Source of the DNA: Chiloscyllium plagiosum
Lineage: Eukaryota
DNA: 64,000 bases
Direction: 5' to 3'
Assembly (NCBI RefSeq): GCF_004010195.1
Contig: NC_057718.1
Span: forward strand, 93,039,569 to 93,103,568
In this document: one piece after another, positions 24,176-37,419 of the stretch
Position numbering within the stretch: position 1 is the stretch's first letter
How the letters are laid out: each line of letters starts with the position of its first letter
Translations under genes and position numbers: made by a program
Notes under the pieces: model-generated
The model's database searches: none
The model's input: only the letters and a program-made list of their open reading frames with translations
Told to the model about the DNA's origin: nothing

Positions 24176-26246
24176 ATAAAAGAAAATAACAAAACTGGCA
24201 AGATTACTTACACCGCTTTCATGATGCATTGTTTCACAGGTATGAATGTGGACTCTTGGGCTGCTTTTCTGAAATGTTGATTAGGGTCACCTTCTCAGTT
24301 CACCCAGACAAAGGCAGGAATTCCTCTAACTCAGCTTTCTACTCTTTGAGTTTCCAGAGGTTGGTGTGTCAGATTAAGCTGGGAGCTTTTAAATCAATAT
24401 ACTATCTCAGCAGCAAATCAGACCATGTCTCTGAAGACTTCGCTAAAAAAAAACTTTAATTCTGGTTCTACCTTGATAAACTGATTAACTCTTCCCGAGG
24501 CCTCAAATGCCATTCAACTACTGCCATCTGCTTAAACATATGTCTTCCAGACTTGCTGGAACCAATTCCCAGGCACTGACTTCATTAATAGCCAGCTTCT
24601 GTTACCTTTTGTTTATTAAGTCATTGATAGGATGTGGTCATCCCTGGCTGGCCAGTATTTATTGCCCAGCTCTTGTTGCCCTTGAGAAGGTTTGTTTAAA
24701 CACAATTCTCTTCCTGGGGTTCACTGCATCTGTTGGTACCCTTTTAATAAAAAATCAGTCTATTAGTTTCAAGACCTGGCCTCACAGACAAATAAAGTTT
24801 ATTTGATCTATTCTTTCCCCTTTACCTAACCCTAAACCCTATCGAGGTCCACAAGTCATTTCTAGCTTGCAATTGAACATTGATAAAAGAATAAAACTGC
24901 AAAGAATGAAATATCAATGAAAGTTCTAACTCTCTAGAATCAACACTAGACAGGCCTGTACTTATAAGAGTGTTACATGACATTTTGACATGTGATGTTT
25001 GGTATAAAGATACTTACCTCAACTCTGTCGCTATTTCTGTGTGATGGAATCTGTGTAATGACTTCAGTCAATCAGCAATGTGTATGTAATCAGTGACATC
25101 AGTGAATTCAGAACCCAAACTATGCATGTAGATCTGTGATGTTGTAGCATAGTAAACAGTTGATGTTGTAAATAAACTTCAAGGTATCTGAGTCAACAAG
25201 AACTAATGCCATATGCCATATGTGAAATGTATTAACATACAGAAAACCACAAAGCACATGATGGATGGTGGGGGGAGGGGGAAGGGGTGTGGATGTTCTC
25301 ATGCATTGACATTTGTATTGCAATATGTAACCCATGAGAGAGGACAGAGGAACATTGGTACACATCAGTATTTTGCACACTCCTTGCTCTGGGGCTGTGA
25401 CACAGTCACTGTAGAAAAGCAAGGAAGTGCTAGGTAGTGTTGGATCGAAGGGGTTGAAAATGACCACTAATAGTAATTTGAATAAATATCATAAACGTTC
25501 ACATGAATACAATTGTGCCAGAAGTAATAACAACCAGTTAGCTATAATGATGGGTTGTGATTGAAGCTCACACAGTAAGCTGGAAGAAGTATTTGATCGT
25601 TAATGAATGAAGTATGGGATAATGTTGACATTGTGCTTTCTTGAATCTGTGGAGGACTACTGAGTATGCAAGTGTTTGCAGGTTGACACATCTGTAACAT
25701 CTTTCCACTGGAGTATGTAGGGCTTGTTAACAGTTCCAGGCTGCCTAATTCCCATGGGTTGTTTAATCTCCGGTATCTATCGCAGGTCAGTGAGTTTGTT
25801 GTTTTATGACGCTGACCCTGTCATTTGTTCGCAAGATAAACTTCCTCATTTCGCATAGAGAACAGTAAGGGCCAAGCCTTCCTTGCTCAGTTTACCAGCA
25901 CTGCTTGTTCTGAGTATTACTGGCTTAGTGTTTGAACAAAAGCCCCAATGTTTTTATAACAGATTACTTCACAATCGCTGCGATGCAGCTGCAGATTCCT
26001 CTGCAGTGTTTGAAACCTTGGTCTGTCTAATCCTTATTTTGTTGATTAATGATAAGGTTTGCAATGTTACTCCAACACACACTTAGCTTGGCTATCACTT
26101 ATGTATGAGGGATTCAAAATGTGGACGAGGAGGTCTTTTTTTGTGTAAAAACTAGTAAATAATCTCTATAATTGCAGATCATGGCTCATTATTTGGAGTT
26201 CATTTACCTTACAAACAGCTATAATGTATTAGCTAATGTAACATGT

Positions 26247-26570
26247 GGGCAGCATGGTGGCTCAGTGGTTAGCACCGCTGCCTCACAGTGCCAGGGACAT
26301 GGGTTCAATCTCAGCCTCAGGCGACTATCTGTGTGGAGCTTGCACATTCGCCCCACGTCTGCATGGGTTTCCGCCCATGCTCCAAAGATGTGCAGGCTAG
26401 GTAGATTGGTCATGCTAAGTTGCCCCATAGTGTTCAGGGATGTGTGGGTTAGTCAGGGGCAAGTGTAGAGTAACAGGGTAGGGGAATGGGTCTGATACGT
26501 TGCTCTTCGGAGGGTCGGTGTGGACTTGTTGGGCCTAAGGGCCTGTTACCATACTGTAGGGATTCTATGA
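26247..26570 (+). mobile_element. HE1 SINE
   Basis: GGGCAGCATGGTGGCTCAGTGGTTAGCAC..GGACTTGTTGGGCCTAAGGGCCTG. Confidence 0.92.
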
Positions 26571-26599
26571 ATTCTGCCCTTGTTAATGTGGATCTTAAT

Positions 26600-27060
26600 G
26601 ATCATTCAGAAAAATAGAAAGGATATGATAGGGGTGCAGAGGTGATTCATCAGGATGCTGCCTGGCCGGAGAGTCTGAGCTGTGAAGAACGATTAAATTG
26701 ATTTCCAGTGAAGACTTAGAGGGGTCCTTCTCGAAGTGTACACGATTGGGCATAGATAAAGTGGTTAGGAAGGCATTTTTTCCATTAGTAAGGGTGTAAA
26801 TAAGCACAGGGCACAGATTTATGGTTCGAAAGCTAAGAGGTGAGTCAAGGAGAAAGCTTTTACCCAGAGGGTGGTGGGAATCTGGAACTCACTGCCTGAA
26901 GGGATGCTTTGGTTAGGAACTCTTGTCACATTTAAAAGTACTTAGACATTGATTTGCATTGCCATAGCCTCCAGGGCTACGAACCAAGAGCCAGAGAATG
27001 GGAATCGTGCTGTCAGACCTTTGTTGACCAGTATGCTTACGATGGCCTGAGGGCTGTAAA
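26600..27060 (+). mobile_element. Old CR1 3' fragment
   Basis: GVQR*FIRMLPG; FTQRVVGIWNSLP. Confidence 0.8.
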
Positions 27061-27849
27061 TGTCTGTGAGTCATAGACGGTCCTCTTCAGGGGCCACCAT
27101 ATTCATGGGAAATAACATCCTAATGGGTTTTGATGGAGATAAATAAGAACATGTGTTTTTACAATTCCCAGAATGAAATCAATTCTTCACAAAAGCCAGA
27201 GAGAGGAACCTCTTATTGGTGTGTTGACAAATGGTAAGGAAAGATTTGATGGGGGCAAATAGCCAACTAATCAAGCAGAGTAGAAAGTTGCAGAAATGAT
27301 TGCCATTACACTAGTGAAATTTGCCAATGAAAGGGGGGGCGGAATTAACCTTTTTTTCTATCCATGCTAAGTGAAAGTAATGGGTCAGAATTAGCTGTAG
27401 ACTGACAGATAAAGCAACACATCTTTTCTTCAACTGACCTTTTTTCTGTTTAATTCCTGCCGTTTGCTCTGAGTGGCACCTTCTACAGGGCAGCCACTGG
27501 CTGCTGGTGAATAAGGCAAGAAATGGTATATCTCTGTCACCTAATCAGATTGAAAAATTGATGATGACCAATGCTGAGCTGGAAACCACAAAGTGTAAAT
27601 TTGAGCTGTTAAGTCTATTTCATTTCACCCTGAAGGGTCTGTATTTTGCAGATGTGAAGCATTTTTAGTGTCCATGAGCATTCAGAGGTGCATAACTTGA
27701 TTAGTCAGGGCAGTGTGAATTCTGGGTCAGTTCTTCATTGTGAGTTCTGCAGAAGCTAATGTTGAAAAGGTGGCCCAAACCTATCAAGGTCCCATCGAGA
27801 GACTATTGAGCATACAGGGCTGAAGTGATTGATCAAGATGGCGTTTGGT

Positions 27850-28075
27850 TCAAGACCAAGATGAGGAGGAATTTCTTCTCTCATTAGATTGTGAATCTAT
27901 GGAAGTCTTTACCACAGAGGGCTATTGAGGTTGGGACGTTCAATGCATTCAGGGCTGAGACAGACAGGTTTTTAATTAGAAAGGGAATCAGTGGGGAAAA
28001 TACAGGAAAGTAAAGGATTATCAGGTTACCCATGATCTCATTGATTGGTGGAGCAGGCTCCTACGTTGTTCTGGT
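27850..28075 (+). mobile_element. CR1 3' fragment
   Basis: MRRNFFSH*IVNLWKSLP; CATGATCTCATTGATTGGTGGAGCAGGC. Confidence 0.8.
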
Positions 28076-28544
28076 CTACAGGGCATCCGCTGGCCGAGTG
28101 TGAATAAGGCAAGAAATGGTGCATCCTGTTCACCTAGTCTTAACTAGCCCTTAGGGTCACTCTCCATTTAAGGACTATGAGTGAGTTGAGGCAGAGGAAG
28201 AAACAATCCATGGTAGGTTTCACGGCATCTAGCATGTCAATATGCTCCTGAGGTCAAGGCTACAAAAGGAGGGTGGATGGTAATGGCTGAGTGGAAAGGC
28301 TAAGGACACCAGAAGCCATCTCTGTACTGTACCTTGAACACAATCTATGAAGCGCAGTCTCTATATGCTGGTCCTGTAGTGGAGAGCCGATGCTTACGGA
28401 TGCCTTCAGAATTGCCTTTGCCCGAACAAAAGTTCAGGTTGCTTCGTATTATTCAGTTGCTCTGGCCTCCTGCTGAGCAGCTGTCTTCTCTGAGTAGCTG
28501 AGATTTTGATAGAATATGGAGCTCATGTGATGGAATCAACATTT

Positions 28545-31500
28545 ATAGAGTCATAGAGTCATAGAGATGTACAGCATGGTAACGGACCCTTTGCTCCAAC
28601 GCTTCCATGCCAACCAGATATCCCAACCCAATCCAGTTCCATCTGCCAGCATCCGGCCCATAAACCTCCAAACCCTTCCTATTCATATACCCATCCAGGT
28701 ACCTTTGTAATGTTGCAATTGTACCAGCCTCTACCACTTCCTCTGGCAGCTCATTCCATACATGTACCATCCTCTGCGTGAAAAGTTTGCCCCTTAGGCC
28801 TCTTTTATATCTTTCCCCTCTCACCCTAAACCTATGTCCTCTAGTTCTGGACTCCCCCACCCCAGGGAAGAGACTCTGTCTATTTATCCTATCCATGCCT
28901 CTCATGATTTTATCAACCTCTGTAAGGTCACCCCTCAGCCTCCGACGCTCCAGGGAAAACAGCCTCAGCGTATTCAACCTCTCCTTATAGTTTAAATCCT
29001 CCAACCCTGACAACATCCTTGTAAATCATTTCTGACCCCTTCCAAGTTTCACAACATCATGCCAATTGGAAGGAGACCAGAATTGCATGCAATATTCCAA
29101 CAGTGGCCTAACCAATGTCCTGTACAGCCGCAACATGACCTCCCAACTCCTGTACTCAATACTCTGAACAATAAAGGAAAGCATACCAAATGCCTTCTTC
29201 ACTATCCTATCTACCTGGGACTCCACTTTCAAGGAGCTATGCACTCTAAGGTCTCTTTGTTCAGCAACACTCCCTAAGACCTGACCATTAAGTGGATAAG
29301 TCCTGCTTAGATTTGCTTTCCCAAAATGCAGCACCTCTCATTTATCTAAATTAAACTCCATCTGCCACTTCTTAGCTCATTGGCCCACCTGATCAAGATT
29401 CCAATGTAATCTGAGGTAACCTTCTTCGCCGTCCACGACACCTCCAATTTTGGTGTCATCTGCGAACTTACTAACTATACTTCTTATGCTCACATCTAAA
29501 TCATTGATACAAATGATGAAAACTAGTGAACCCAGCACTGGTCCTTGTGGCACTCCACTGGTCACAGGCCTCCAGTCTGAAAAACAACCCTCCACCACCA
29601 CCCTCTGTCTTCTACCTTTGAGCCAGTTCTGTGTCCAAATGGCTAGTTCTCCCTGTGTTCCTTGAGATGTAACCTTGCTAACCAGTCTCCCATGGGGAAC
29701 CTTGTCGAACCCTTTAGTGAAGTCCACATAGATCACATTTCCTGCTCTATCCTCATCAATCCTCTTGGTTACTTCTTCAAAAACTCAATCAAGTTTGTGA
29801 GACATGATTTCCCACACACAAAGCCATGTTGACTATCTCAAATCAGTCCTTGCCTTTCCAAATAGGTATACGTCCTTTCCCTCAGGATTCCCTCCAACAA
29901 CTTTCCCACCACCGACATCAGGCTCAGTGGTCTACAGTTCCCTGGCTTGTCCTTACCACCTTTATTAAATAGTGGCACCATGTTAGCCAACCACCAGTCT
30001 TCCGGCACCTCACCCGTGACTATTGATGATACAAATATCACAGCAAGAGGCCCAGCAATCACTTCCCTACCTTCCCACAGAGTTCTAGGATATACATGAT
30101 CTGGTCCTGGGGCCTTATCCACTTTTATGCATTTCAAGATATCCAGCACTTCCTCCTCTGTAATATGGACATTTTCCAAGATGTCACCATCTATTTCCTT
30201 ACATTCTATATCTTCCATGCCCTTTTCTATCGTAAATGAAGATGCAAATGCTTGTTTAGTATCTCACCCAACTCCTGCGGCTCCACACAAAGGCTGCCTT
30301 GCTGATCTTTGAGGGGTTCTGTTCTCTCCCTAGTTACCCTTTTGTCCTTAATGTATTTGTGAAAACCGTTTGGATTCTCCTTAACTCTATTTGCTAAAGG
30401 TACCTGATGTTCCTTTTTGCCCTCCTGATTTCCCTCTTAAGTATATTCCTACTGCCTTTGTACTTTTCTAAGGATTCACTCGATCTCTCCTGTCTATACC
30501 TGACCTATGCTTCCTTCTTTTTCTGAACCAAACTCTCAATTTCTTTAGTCATCCAGCATTCCCTATACCTACCAGCCTTTCTTTTTACCCTGACAGGAAT
30601 TTACTGTCTCTGAACTCTAGTTACCTCATTTCTGAAGGCTCCCCATTTTCCAGCCGTCCCTTTACCTGCGAACATCTGCCCCCAAACAGCTTTTTAAAAT
30701 CATAGAGTCATAGAGATGTACAGCATGGAAACAGACCCTTCGGTCCAACCCATCCATGCCGACCAGATATCCCAACCCAATCTAGTTCCACCTGCCAGCA
30801 CCCCGCCCATATCCCTCCAAACCCTTCCTATTCATATACCATTCCAAATGCCTTTTAAATGTTGCAATTGTACCAGTCTCCACCACATCCTCTGACAGCT
30901 CATTCCATACACATACCACCCTCTGCATGAAAACGTTGCGCCTTGGGTCCCTTTCATGTCTTTCCCCTCTCACCCTAAACCTATGCCCTCTAGTTCTGGA
31001 CTCCTCCACCTCAGGGAAAAGGCTTTGTCTATTTATCCTATCCATGCCCCTCATGATTTTGTAAACCTCTATAAGGTCACCCCTCAGCCTCTGACGCTCA
31101 GGGAAAAAAAGCCCCAGCCTGTTCAGCCTCTCCCTGTAGCTCAAATCCTCCAACCCTGGCAACATCCTTGTAAATCTTTTCTGAACCCTTTCAAGTTTCA
31201 CAACATCTTTCCGATTAGAAGGGGACCAGAATTGCACACAATATTCCAACAGTGGCCTACCAATGTCGTGTACAGCCGCAACATGATGCCCTGAACTCAA
31301 TACTCTGACCAATAAAAGAAAGCATACCAAACACCTTCTTCACTATCTCATCTACCCGCGACTGCACTTTCAAGGAGCTATGAACCTACACTCCAAGGTC
31401 TCTTTATTCCCTAGGACCTTACCATTAAGTGTATAAGTCCTGCTAAGATTTGCTTTCCTAAAATGCAGCACCTCGCATTTATCTGAATTAAACTCCATCT

Positions 31501-32255
31501 ACCACTTCTCGGCCCATTGGCCCATCTATTCAAGATCCTGTTGGAGTCTGAGATAACTTTTCTTCGCAGTCTATTACACCTCCAATTTTGGTGTCATCAG
31601 CAAACTTACTAACTGTACCTCTTATGCTTACATCCAAATCATTTATGTAAATGACAAAAAGTAGAGGGCCCAGCACCAATCCTTGTGTCACTCCACTGGT
31701 CACAGGCCTCCAGTCTGGAAAGCAACCCTCTCTCACAACCCTCTGTCTTCTACCTTTGAGCCAGTTCTGTATCCAAATGGCTAGTTCTCCCTTTAGTCCG
31801 AGTTCTTGCCTAATACTGTCAAAATTGGTCTTTCTCCAATTTAGAACTTCAACTTTTAGATCTGGTCTCTCTTTTACCATCACTATTTTAAAACTAATAG
31901 AATTATGGTCGCTGGCCCCAAAGTGCATCCCACTGACAACCCAATCACCTGCCCTGCCTTATTTCCCAAGAGTAGGTCGAGTTTTGCACCTTCTCTAGTC
32001 GGTACATCCACATACTGAATCAGAAAATTTTCTTGTACACAGTTAACAAATTCCTCTCCATCTAAACCCTTAACACAATGGGAGTCCCATTGGAAAGTTA
32101 AAATCCCCTACCTTAACCACACTATTATTCTTACAGATAACTGAGATCTCCTTACAAATTTGTTTCTCAATTTCACTCTGACTAATAGGGGGTCTAAAAT
32201 ACAATCCCAATAGGGTGATCATCCCTTTCTTAGTTCTCAGTTCCACCCAATTACC
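28545..32255 (-). mobile_element. CR1 (HER1-type) LINE, host copy at 28545-30697 and 31800-32255
   Basis: VDKAPGPD, GKDKPGNCRPLSL, YVDFTKGFDKVPH, SGVPQG, KFADDTKIGG; end of endonuclease (SDHNSISF) at 31900-32250; tail (ATAGAGTC)n. Confidence 0.95.
30698..31797 (-). mobile_element. Second CR1 of the same family nested in the first
   Basis: Own 3' tail ATCATAGAGTCATAGAG at ~30699; closely repeats 28550-29655; host reading resumes at 31801. Confidence 0.9.
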
Positions 32256-32477
32256 TTTGGAAATTTGCTGCTGATTGCTCCTTCAATGGGAACTGACTTT
32301 CCCTTCTCTGACAAAACACAAGGAGGCGGAAACATGGGGAAATTACCAAACACATTTTTCTCAAATTTTACCTGGTCCTCCATTCCCCAACCTACTTTGA
32401 AGGACAAGGTAAATTTTTTCCAACAGGGAGGAATAATGGTACGCAGCAGCCTAGTGGTCTTATTGTTAGACTATTAG

Positions 32478-32915
32478 AGTCATAGCCTTATAGAGTCTAA
32501 CACCACGGAAATGGGCCCTTCGGTTCAACTCGTCCATGCTGACCAGATGTGCTAAATGAATCTAGTCCCATTTACCAGCATTTGGTCCAAATTCTTCCAA
32601 ACCCTTCCTATTAATGTACCCATCCAGATGCCTTTTAAATGTTGTAATTGCGCTAGCCTCCACCACTTCCTCTGGCAGCTCATTTCATACACACCCCACC
32701 ATCTGCATGAAGACGTTGCCCCTTATGTCCCTTTTAAATCTTTCCCCTATCACCTTAAACCTATGCCCTCCAGCACTGGAGTCCTCTACCGCTGGGAAAA
32801 GATCTTATCTATTCACACTATTCATGCCTCTCATGATTTTATAAGGCCACCCCTCAACCTCTGACATTTCAGGGAAATAATCCCACCCTATTCAGGCTCT
32901 CCCTCTGGCTCCAAT
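32478..32915 (-). mobile_element. CR1 3' fragment
   Basis: Similar to 28550-29000. Confidence 0.9.
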
Positions 32916-32917
32916 CT

Positions 32918-33182
32918 TAATTAATTAATTAATTCAGAAACAGTGCTAATATTAAAGTTTTACAACATCCTTTCCATAGCAGTGGCTGAACCAATGTCCC
33001 AATTAATTAATTAATTAATTAGTTCATTCATTCATTCATTCAGAAACACAGCTAATATTAAAGTTTCACAGCATCCTTTCCATAGCAGGGAGACCAGAAT
33101 TGAATGCAGTATTCCAAAAGTGGCCAAACCAATGTCCCCATTAATTAATTCATTCATTCATTCAGAAACGCAGCTAATATTC
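32918..33182. repeat. Imperfect tandem repeats of a CR1/SINE junction with (TAAT)n/(TCAT)n spacers
   Basis: TTCAGAAAC..GCTAATATT three times; AAAGTTT.ACA.CATCCTTTCCATAGCAG..ACCAATGTCCC twice. Confidence 0.85.
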
Positions 33183-34099
33183 TGGGGACTTGGGTTTAAA
33201 TCCCATCATGGCAGATGTTGGAATATGATTTTGAATATTAATAAAATGTCTGGATTTCAGAATCTACTGATGATCATGAAACCATAGCTGATTGTTGGGA
33301 AAAACCCTTGTGGCTCACTAAAGTCCTTCAGGGAAGCAATCCTGCTATTCTCACCTTGCATGCATATGACTCTAGACCCACAACAATATGTTTGACTGTT
33401 AACTGCCCTCTGATGTGGCCTAGCAAGCCATTTAGTTCTCGGGCAGCTGGACAGGCAATACATGCTGGTCAGCCCATGTCCCAAGAGTGATTAAAAAGAT
33501 CAGTAAGGGTGAGACAGAAGGAAAATGTCAAGTTCTAAAGAAACATCTCTAATGACAATCACAAGCTGAAGGAATGAGATTCTATCGTTCTAAAACTTAA
33601 ATTTGAGTACCAAAGAGATTAGCTGTCAATACTAAGACCCACCCTGCTCTCAAAAGCATGTGTTTAGACTAGACTAGTCAAGATCTAACTTATTGCGGCT
33701 TGTTTAAAAAATGACACATTTTATTAAAGCATTTTGTTTTGCACTTCGGGCAATTCACAAGAAAATGGGAAAATCACCATCTATACTCTATGAGATAAGA
33801 CTGCTAATTGGCTAGCAAGTTTGATGGCATGGACAACACAACAGTTAATGATGATTAACTATTAACTGCCATGCTATTTTTTTGATTTCAAACCAGGCAG
33901 GTTGGCTCCCATTGGTCAGGACATTGCCCTGAGAATGAATCAGCAAATAACTGACCTCTACTTTGTTGAGCTGAACCAGATGCATAGTGTGCACATGTTC
34001 TTTCTGTCTGGAAAGAGAGCAGGGTCCTGTTTATCAATATATGCCGATTTTAGCATATATCTGTATGTGTGTGACACTGACACTTTAAGTCAGGCTTCA

Positions 34100-36570
34100 G
34101 CTCTAAAAGGTAGCCTTTCTTTCTTAAAAGAAGTTGCATGGGAGATGAGCCGGATGAGAAACAAAAGACATAGTTGAAGAAAAATGCAGCTCCAGTCCAG
34201 GGGACGGATTCCAAGGGGCACGTCTTGGAGATACACTCAAAGAGAGAGGTGATGTTTCTACAGGGTAGCTGCTTTCACCCCCTTCAAGTGCCAAGCTCTT
34301 CGAAAGGGGTGAAAGCAGATTGCAAAGGAAGAAAACAGTCAGGCTCCAAGAAATTGGCAAGATATGAGTTCCCACTGTGCATTGGAGAAACACTGATGGT
34401 AAAGTCACCATTGTCCAAGATGACCATATTAGAGAGAGAGAGAGAGATGGCAGGAAAAACTTACTGACCTCGCATATATAATGTAGGTCAATGATCGCAG
34501 CACCACATCATATCACATGGCCACCATAGTGCCAACCTCTCACATTATTGAACTCAACACACTCCCATCACTCACCCAGCATCAGTCACTAGTACTCAAA
34601 ATTCATGCCTCACATCCAATTCTCCAACCTACCCACACTTCTAACGATATCAGCATCCTACTGCCAATGTATAACTCCAGGATATATAGACATAGCAAGG
34701 ACATCATCCACAAAAAGTGATATACAGTCACTGACATTCTCCCATCTCTCTTGCAGGATGCAATCCAAGGGATAATGTGCAAAGCATGGGCCACACCAGA
34801 ACCCATGGCATCCAGAGTAATTGAGACTATGGAAAATGAGGCTATGTTATTGCCTCAAGCTCCTTCTCAACTCCCTCCTTGCCATCAAACGGAGACCTGG
34901 CATCGACAGCAAGTTGTTGATGGTGTGACCATAGATCTCCTCTTTGTTTCACCATTCTATCCTTCAACATGTCACTCTTTGCCTCTTTTAATCTCTCTCC
35001 TATCTCAGAATATCTGTCTAGCTATTCACAGCACACCCAGGTGAATATGAGAGAGAGAGCGAGAGAGAGAGCAAGCTTACGTCAATGATGAGAAAGCACC
35101 ATCACTGAATGTGATGCTCAGTAACACTAGCTTAGATACAGGCACTAAGTATAGCTTCGAGGCTGGTGCCAAGGCAGGATCTGCCCATGGTGGGTCATGA
35201 GGCAAGTGTGGGTTATGACTAGGCTAGGGCCCAGAGACTAAGGTTGCAAAGGTCTTTTGTTCAAAAAAGATACAACTGAAAATGTGTCTATAATCTCAGC
35301 TGGAGCAGACACAAATCCAGTAGCACCCTACCCTGCAAATGTAGCACTCATCTTGCATCTGTTTGCTGGATCATTGTTGATTGACTTGTGAAATTGGATT
35401 AATGTGGTCCAAGTTTGAGAGAAAATGAGCATCTCACCAGCTCCAGATCTTGCCAGTTCTGTTGGCTTGGGAGATCGCTGAGGACAACCCTGCGAGTGCC
35501 CTTTTCAAGGTGCTGTTACCCAGTCTGGGATGTGACTGAAGCAGATGGTGGCACAGCACCCACACCGAGGTGGGTATTCAGCTTCAGGAGGTGACTGGAC
35601 TTTTGCCTTTCCTATGCCTTGCTACCCCAAACACCACAGTCTCAATACTCCACTGGCTGCCATCCAGCAGTTCTGCAGGAACCCCTTGATCCCTTTAGCT
35701 GCAAGGACCATGTCCCACTCCCTCTTGAATATATTTAATGAACTGGCCCCAACAGCTTTCTGTAGGAGGAGAATTCTACAGGTTCACAACTCTCTGAGTA
35801 AAGAAATTCTTCCTCTTCTCAGTCCTGGATGGCTTCCCCCTTATTCTTAGACTGTGACCCTTAGTTCTAGACATCCCCAACATCAGGAACATACTTCCTG
35901 CATCGAGCCTGCCAAATCCCACCAGGACCTAATATGTTTCTATGAGATCCCCCTCATTCTTCTAAATTCCAGTGAGTACAAACCCAGTCGATCCAACCTT
36001 TTCTCATATGTCAGTCCTGCCATCTTGGGAATCGCTGGACTCCCTCAATAACAAGAATGGTTTTCCTCAAACTAGGAGACAAAAACTGCACACAATACTC
36101 AAAGTGTGGCCTCACCAAGGCCTTATATAACTGTAGCAAGATATTCCTACTCCTGTACTCAAATCCTCAAAAGTCTAACTCCTGTTCTCTTGCCATAGAT
36201 GCTCCAGACCTGCTGAGTTTCCTTCAGTATTTTCAGGGATTCGAGCCATCTTCCCAGAGGTAATACCTTGGCCTCTAGGTCAGAGGTCCAATAATGGTGG
36301 CAGTGTGCCACTTCATACTCCTGATAACTATATACTAAAACCTGGCGATAACCAAAAGCTGGAAGAGCTCTTGTTGATATGAAGGCATTCCCCTTCCTGT
36401 TGGAATGGTCAAGATGTGACAGACTTGATGACACACACTTCATTTGAAGTGTTGGTGATATTCTGCTTTTGGCTCAATTCAATGAGACTAAATCTAGGCA
36501 GATACGATAAAATATTACGACACCATAAGGTGCTTCAGGTCAGCTGTGGCAGCAACTGAATGTCCTCTGA
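34100..36570. mobile_element. Possible highly degenerate PIF/Harbinger element (Myb/SANT-like on +, transposase on -)
   Basis: Weak motifs only (RE-VMF at ~34245; GxF-AATADL and AFI-N-like on - at 36360-36565); recognised by resemblance. Confidence 0.3.
35680..36168 (-). mobile_element. CR1 3' fragment
   Basis: Reverse strand LYKALVRPHFEYCVQF, FRRMRGIS, NFFTQRVVNL. Confidence 0.88.
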
Positions 36571-37193
36571 AAAGCAAAAACTCACAATTCATGTGGTTTA
36601 GCTTCCTGAGGCAACAAAAATAGTGCATCCATAAGGAAAAGAAGTGGAAATAAGACTACGAGATGAGAGCATGGAAAAGGTAATGCAGGCGAGGTGAAGA
36701 GAAAGAGATTCAATGAGATGTAAAGGGGAACTACCATGAGAAAGGATGAAACAAACCACATAACGATCAAAACACGCTGCACTATTTTATAATAAGTTGC
36801 AGATTTGCATGCCTTTTTTCAATGGTGCTATTTGTAGAGCTGTTCATTCCTAAACAAACGTGTCTAAATGTGGCAAAGTTTCCATGTCTGCTAACCTGAG
36901 GCCCCCAATCAATTATTATTGCTGTTGTTATATTATGATTGCAACCGAAAGGGCCTAAGGCCCGGGAAATGCTTTCTAAGGATTACACAATGGATTGGCT
37001 GCACCTCCTAGAAACTTGGTTAACCTGCAGTTTTACTGTTCCCAGTCTTGAGATCCTGGGTCCTGAAAGTGCGCCATACCCGTGAACCATCATTTCCCAA
37101 GTTTCGTGGACCTGTGGGAGTTTGGCTGAGACTTGACTAAGTAGTGAATAAAGCCTCTCCCCTGTGGTTTAGCAAAGATTCAAATATAATTTT

Positions 37194-37419
37194 GGGCGGC
37201 ACGGTGGCACAGTGGTTAGCACTGCTGCCTCACAGCACCAGAGACCCGGGTTCAATTCCGGCCTCAGGCGACTGACTGCATGGTAAATTGCCTGTAGTGT
37301 TACGTAAGGGGTAAATGTAGGGGTATGGGTGGGTTGCGCTTCGGCTGGTTGGTGTGGACTTGTTGGGCCGAAGGGCCTGTTTCCACACTGTAATGTAATC
37401 TAATCTAATCTGTAATCTA
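37194..37419 (+). mobile_element. HE1 SINE lacking the central V-domain
   Basis: GGCGACTGACTG joined directly to CATGGTAAATTGCC; compare 21803-22110. Confidence 0.9.

Larger units (their letters stand above)
32435..33500 (+). mobile_element. tRNA-derived SINE (second family), split by a CR1 insertion
   Basis: Head GCAGCCTAGTGGTCTTATTGTTAGACTA (32445-32475); resumes CAGAAACGCAGCTAATATTCTGGGGACTTGGGTTTAAATCCC; tail GAGTGATTAAAAA. Confidence 0.7.

Noticed and set aside
24228..24246. TTTCACAG|GTATGA as a recursive splice site
   Set aside because: Weak pyrimidine tract and unknown host strand; expected by chance in 64 kb.
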